Assembly (NCBI RefSeq): GCF_036971445.1
Contig: NC_091482.1
Coordinates: 30,814,001 to 30,878,000 of the forward strand
Length of the DNA stretch: 64,000 nucleotides
Source: Narcine bancroftii
Taxonomy: Eukaryota
Direction of reading: 5' to 3'
The position numbers were made by a program, and so were the translations under genes. Within the stretch, counting starts at the first letter, position 1. Every line of letters starts with the position of its first letter. Below the pieces are notes generated by a model. That model had not been told where the DNA came from. It ran no database searches and saw only the letters and a list, made by a program, of their open reading frames with translations. Shown piece by piece: positions 57,651-64,000 of this stretch.

Positions 57651-60489
57651 AATGATTCCTGAAGAAGGGATGTTGAAACTGCAATTCGTGGGCCAAATTA
57701 GGCCTGCTGTTTCCTTTTATCTGACTAATCAGCCTTTGTATTCTGCAACACGTGAGCCTTAAGGTGTGCTCGTCTTTCCTCTGATCTCATACCATTGGAC
57801 AGAAAGGAGTGGGTGACTGGAAATGAGGTTGTTGGGGATTGTATTAAAGCTCTTACTTGTTGAAATTGTTTGTAGGAATGCTGAAGCAAGCCTCATTCCT
57901 CAAGTTGAGTTCTGCTTCTATTTTATGTGGGTCTGATAACCATGATAGGATTTTGTAGGTCGTGGGAAGAATGCAGGATACTGTTCGAGCCTCTGTTGGA
58001 TTTTGTGTGCATCAAAATGGAAACAACAATTACAATACTAGGTTTTCTGTTCTACCTGGAAGTGATCTTTCAAGGTAGACATTTGATCAAAGTAAATATT
58101 CTGGGGCTAAAACAAGATGAATCTAAAGAGAGTAGAGTGAAATACTGATCAGAAAGTGTGTTGGTAGAGTTGGCTATAAATAGCCCTGTGGGTGAGTGGT
58201 AGAATCATTGGGAGAAACGTTTGCAGTTGATGTGTAAATGGCTCATTGGTCCACATTGGCTGATGATCGATCGATCTTCTGATGCTATTAACGGGTTCAA
58301 GGGAGCTAAATCTAGATAAATCACCAAGACCAAAGAATATGTATGCCAGGCTCTTAAAACAGAATAAGGGAACAATTCATGAAACAACTGAGAGACAGGG
58401 CAGCTGAAGGATTTAAAAGAACATTAAATTTCTCAGCTGGGAGTGTTTACAGGATATTCAGTGAGCCATGCAAAACTAATGTGATCTGCATTGATTTTTA
58501 GCAGAGTTTGATCAGAAAAGCAGAAGCTTTTGAAATCCATGACTTTCGATTCATAATTAGCTCACAGCAGAATGTAAAAACATTAATGACAATAATTGAA
58601 ACACTCCCCAGTGCTCCTTAACTCAGTGATGTTTTGACTAATTCGGATCCATATCACAGGCTCAATTAAAATTATATGTGGAGCACTTGTGAATCCTAAC
58701 ATTTTGTGGTCTGTTTTGGTTGAAACTGGAGAACAAGCTTGTATGTTATTTTAAAGTTATCCTGATTTCCTTGTTTATGTCTTTACTTGTGTTGAGCTCA
58801 GTACTGTCAATCGTGGTTATTGCATTTGATGGTAACTAAGTCATTTTACTGGGTTTGGATTTTCATGCAGTTTGCTGTGATGAGAAAATTTTGTGATAGA
58901 TTATATTCAAAAGATTAGGTGAATGTTTTGACATTAAAAAAAAATCAAAGTTTTTGTGGTTTCTTCATTATTCAAGCTTTAACAATGTGACTTTCTGCAA
59001 ATTGAGTAAATTTGATTGGGGAAGGTTAGAAATGGATAAAATTACTAATTAATGCTCTGATGACCGGGAGCTGTATCCAACTTCACTGACAAATTGGTCC
59101 TAGAAAATGGCTAGAAAATTAGGTGGAATATTTTGGTGTTGAAAGAATAATGCAAATTTACTGGTGAAGGAAGATCAAAAGTTCAATCATGGCAGCTTCT
59201 TGGAACTTCCTTTTATGGAGTGGGTTATGTCTTTGGGATGTCCAATCTCACTAAAGTTTAGGAGTGAGGTACTGTAAAGCTTTTCGATTTCATTGAAATC
59301 AAACATTTCATTTTTCCCATTTAATCGCAGCAAGTTGAAATTAATCATTTTAATCTAACTTTTTAAAGATATTCAAAAATTGCTGGTGTGGGAAAAGAAC
59401 AGAATTTAACTCCGATTATCTGATATCTGATTCTCCAAAATCCTCAGTTATAAACGACACTTTCCTTATTCTAATATATCCACATTTCAGAGTATCATCT
59501 TCCAAAAGCATGAGCTACGATATTCCAAATTTCGATCTCTTTAACAAATCAAACTCTGTGGCTGTTACTTTATGTAGCTTTAATTCATTGATAAAACAAA
59601 TAAACATTTTGCATAGCTTGGCATTAAGACCGTCATAATGATGAATAACAAAGTATTTACTGTATAATTTTAGAGATATAAAATACATAAAAAGAATCTC
59701 AAATGAGGATATCCAAAGCAAATCAGAAATCCTCATTTATCCCAAATTTTTTGGAGCCGAACTGACTGGGGACCTCAGGCTCCCACTGGCAGCAGTGGTC
59801 CTAGGGCTCCCAGCACAAGTGGGGCCTCGGGGATTTGTTGGTGATTGGTGGTGGTCATCATTTTTTTTGGTGAAAGTTAAATATTTTTTAATGCTTAAAG
59901 TCTTGTTGTTTAAACACTCTTACAAATGATTTGCTGTTGCTTCTGGGCTGTTTTTAAAAAATGACCAGTTCTCCAAAAAAAATTTCCAAAATAAGGATTA
60001 GAGAAGCTTTTAAGTCTTTTTTTTCATCCGAAGGGTATTGCAATCTGGAAGGCATTAGCTGAGAAGGTGGTGCAGGTACTCTCACAAGACAAGCAATTGA
60101 ATGCCAAAACGTCGTAGTCAATGGAAATGGGATTAGTACAGATAAATACTTGATGGTTGGTATGGACATGGTGGGCAAGGGTGCCTTTTTCTGCTGTCTC
60201 ACTCTAGAATCATCTGGTATAGTTGTTACCAGATTCGCACGAAGCAGTTAATTTTACAGAATGCGATGGCTCAATTTGTCTGTTCCTCTAAAAACGTGAC
60301 CTGCTTCATATTTTTATGGCGGTAAGATTGTATCCAATATATCTGCTTTTCAGCTTCATGAAAGAAAGCTATAATTGGGTTGAGGTCAGAGTTCACATCA
60401 GAGACTGAATACAATGAAGTACTTATTTAATTTGTAATTTAAATGAAAATAGATTGTTGCCGGTGACAGTCACCATTTTGTTTCATTAG

Positions 60490-60528
60490 GGTTCAACTTT
60501 GGAACTCCCAGTTTGAATTTTGGGACTG
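60490..60528 (+). CDS. POM121: POM121 exon 12 (39-nt FG micro-exon); gene continues beyond window
   Basis: TTTTGTTTCATTAG| GG TTC AAC TTT GGA ACT CCC AGT TTG AAT TTT GGG ACT G |GTAAGT encodes GFNFGTPSLNFGT, phase 1-1. Confidence 0.82.
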
Positions 60529-61119
60529 GTAAGTTCATGCAATGCTGCCATGTTCCTTCAGCTTTCGCTGCTCACTATTAGTTGCTTTCAAGCAATGGGA
60601 AGCATAAGCAAAAAGAAGTGTGCTTTGGAAGATTATTTTGACATATTTCTAACACCTCTGCTCTTTGCTCCAGCAAGGCCAAGTTGCTTAATAAATATGG
60701 CATAAATGTTTTTTTTTCTGAATTTACAAAACCTTAGCTGCTGCTTCAGCAGTTGCTTTTCACTAAACAAAGTTGCAAGTTCAGTTGTGCAGCCATATGA
60801 ACCCATGATAGGATTAATATGAATACAAAAATATATTTTTCTTTTAATTATGCATTATTTTGGAAACACATATATTGTGTCGATATATTGGTTTTATTTG
60901 GATTATTATTTCAGATTTCCCTTACTGAATCATTAATTGTTCTAAATGGGTAATGTGAGGACAGACATGGTCAGATACTATCTTAAGATGTTTTTGGGGT
61001 TGATTACATTTTTAATTCCTTGGATAATAAAGCTCTATAGAGAGGCAGGCAAGGAAACAATGAAAAATCAGATACTGTCCTTGCCTGCCTGCATTGACAT
61101 TAAGACGATAGTAGGCAAA

Positions 61120-62100
61120 GTCTGATTATCGAGTCAGTTTTACTTTGGCCCAACTTGTCGAGACCCAAGTTCTCTAGTTTATCCATCCCTCTAAACTTTT
61201 TCTATGCATGTGTCTGTTTTCTAATGTTTTTCAAATGTTACCATTGTTCTTACCTCCACCACTGCCTTTAGCAGCTCGTTCTATTTACCTACCATCTTTT
61301 GTGTGGGAAAACGGTTGCCCCTCCCGCTTTTATCTTTCACCTCTCACCTTAAAACTGCCCTTGTTTTTGCCTTTTCCCCAGGGTAGAGAATCTGACTACT
61401 ATCTATGCTTCTCATGAATTTTTTATCATTTAGGTTTCCCCTTCAGCCTCTGGTGTTCCAGAGAGAGAAGTTCAGCATATCCAAACCTGCTGCGCTGATC
61501 CCAGAAATTTTCTTGCACTCAATCCAGCTTAATTATATATTTCTTATTATTATTGTTGGACCAGAACAGTACACAGTGTTCTCAGTGCGGTCTCTCCAAC
61601 ATGATGTACAGTTGAAACATGAATTCTCTTGACTGATGTACAAGACAGACATCTTCATCACCATTCTGTTTGGCTCTGTCACCCCTTTCAGAAAACTATG
61701 TACCTGTATGTACCCCTAATCTTTCTGTTCTGCAGCACTCTCCAGCGCCCAACCAAGTCCTGTCTAAGTTTGACTTGCCATAGTGCAACATTACACATTT
61801 GCCAGAGTTAAATTTCATCTGCCATTCCTTGGCTCACTTTTCCCGTTCATCTAGATCCTATTGTGATTTCAGATATAACCACCTTCATTGTCCACTATAT
61901 CAGGAATTTTAGTGTTATCAGGAACATACTAAATCTACATTGTCATCCAAATGTTTAACGTAGATGACAAACTGGTGGATCCAGCACTCGTTCCTGTGGC
62001 ACACCAAAGGTCACAGACCTCCAGTGTTGGAAACAACCTCAACCACCACCCTCTGACTCCTTCTAAGTCTAATTGGCCAGTTCACCCTGATCTGAGAATC
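61120..62100 (-). mobile_element. Degenerate CR1 3' fragment
   Basis: Reverse-strand remnants resembling WQMKFNS.KC and the CR1 3' region. Confidence 0.5.
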
Positions 62101-62104
62101 CAAA

Positions 62105-64000
62105 TCTTTTTTTCTTTGGCTTGGCTTCGCAGACGAAGATTTATGGAGGGGTAAATGTCCACATCAGCTGCAGGCTCGTTTGTGGCTGACAAGTCCAATG
62201 CGGGACAGGCAGACACGGTTGCAGCGGTTGCAGGGGAAAATTGGTTGGTTGGGGTTGGGTTTTTCCTCCTTTGTCTTTTGTCAGTGAGGTGGGCTCTGCG
62301 GTCTTCTTCAAAGGAGGTTGCTGCCCACCGAACTGTGAGGCGCCAAGATGCACGGTTTGAGGCGATATCAGCTCACTGGCGGTGGTCAATGTGGCAGGCA
62401 CCAAGAGCTTTCTTTAGGCAGTCCTTGTACCTCTTCTTTGGTGCACCTCTGTCACAGTGGCCAGTGGAGAGCTCGCCATATAACACTATCTTGGGAAGGC
62501 GATGGTTCTCCATTCGGGAGACGTGACCTACCCAGCGCAGTTGGATCTTCAGCAGCTTGGATTTGATGCTGTCGGCCTCTGCCATCTCGAGTACTTCGAT
62601 GTTAGGGATGAAGTCGCTCCAATGAATGTTGAGGATGGAGCGGAGACTACGCTGGTGGAAGCGTTCTAGGAGCCGTAGGTGATGCTGGTAGAGGACCCAT
62701 GTTTCGGAGCCGAACAGGAGTGTGGGTATGACAATGGCTCTGTATATGCTAATCTTTGTGAGGTTTTTCAGTTGGTTGTTTTTCCAGACTCTTTTGTGTA
62801 GTCTTCCAAAGGCGCTATTTGCCTTGGTGAGTCTGTTGTCTATCTCGTTGTCGATCCTTGCATCCGATAAAATGGTGCAGCTGAGTTAGGTAAACTGGTT
62901 GACCGTTTTGAATTTTGTGTGCCCGATTGGGATGTGGGGGGGCTGGAAGTCATGGTGGGGAGCTGGTTGATGGAGGACCTCAGTTTTCTTCAGGCTGACT
63001 TCCAGGCCAAACATTTTGGCAGTTTCCGCAAAACAGGACGTCAAGCGCTGAAGAGCTGGCTCTGAATGGGCAACTAAAGCGGCATCGTCTGCGAAGAGTA
63101 GTTCACGGACAAGTTGCTCTTGTGTCTTGGTGTGAGCTTGCAGGCGCCTCAAATTGAAGAGACTGCCATCTGTGCGGTACCGGATGTAAACAGCGTCTTC
63201 ATTGTTGAGGTCTTTCATGGCTTAATTCAGCATCATGCTGAAGAAGATTGAAAAGAGGGTTGGTGCGAGAACGCAGCCTTGCTTCACGCCATTGTTAATG
63301 GAGAAGGGTTCAGAGAGCTCATTGCTGTATCTGACCCGACCTTGTTGGTTTTCGTGCAGTTGGATAACCATGTTGAGGAACTTTGGGGGGCATCCGAGAC
63401 GCTCTAGTATTTGCCAAAGCCCTTTCCTGCTCACGGTGTTGAAGGCTTTGGTGAGGTCAACAAAGGTGATGTAGAGTCCTTTGTTTTGTTCTCTGTACTT
63501 TTCTTGGAGCTGTCTGAGGGCAAAGACCATGTCACTAGTTCCTCTGTTTGTGCGAAAGCCGCACTGTGATTCTGGGAGAACATTTTCGGCGACACTAGGT
63601 ATTATTCTATTTAGGAGAATCCTAGCGAAGATTTTGCCTGCAATGGAGAGCAGCGTGATTCCCCTGAAGTTTGAGCAGTCTGATTTCTTGCCTTTGTTTT
63701 TGTACAGGGTGATGATGATGGCATCACGAAGGTCGTGAGGCAGCTTTCCTTGGTCCCAGCATGAAAAACTCATGCAGTTTGGCATGCAGAGTTTTGCCGC
63801 CAGCCTTCCAGACCTCTGGGGGAGATTCCATCCATTCCTGCTGCTTTGCCACTTTTCAGTTGTTCAATTGCCTTATATGTCTCTTCCCGGGTGAGGACCT
63901 CATCCAGCTCTAGCCTTAGGGGCTGTTGAGGGAGCTGGAGCAGGGCGGATTCTTGGACTGAGCGGTTGGCACTGAAAAGAGATTGGAAGTGTTCTGACCA
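62105..64000 (-). mobile_element. RTE-clade LINE (runs off window end)
   Basis: NFRGITLLSIAGKIFARILLNR, ESQCGFR, FVDLTKAF, GVKQGCVLAPTLF, LFADD; few stops. Confidence 0.92.

Noticed and set aside
13617-60528. Functional link between the retrovirus and the nucleoporin (for example viral nuclear import)
   Set aside because: Only adjacency is visible; integration near an active promoter explains it without any functional coupling.

Overview
Vertebrate genomic DNA, probably a cartilaginous fish (inferred from the repeat set: V-SINE/HE1-like SINEs, CR1, Rex1/Babar-like, RTE, L1/Tx1-like and Penelope elements); there are no prokaryotic features. (1) A 6,947-bp class I (gamma-like, probably HERV-I/IP-related) endogenous retrovirus lies on the minus strand at 13617-20563. 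It has 478-bp LTRs differing at one base by eye, a perfect tRNA-Pro PBS, a PPT, an intact 496-aa gag and a UAG readthrough site followed by a candidate pseudoknot. Its pol and env are disrupted by deletions and by a poly(A)-tailed, TSD-flanked insertion. (2) The nucleoporin gene POM121 lies on the plus strand, starting in a CpG island about 1.15 kb from the proviral 5' LTR (head-to-head). Twelve coding exons (about 1,197 codons) splice into one open frame, and the gene continues past the window end. The rest is densely nested transposon debris (solo LTRs, hAT/Tigger/Harbinger MITEs, an ORF1-only L1 with a 16-bp TSD), two young tandem arrays and a 615-N gap. Repeat family names come from motif recognition, not database searches, and boundaries of degraded repeats are approximate.
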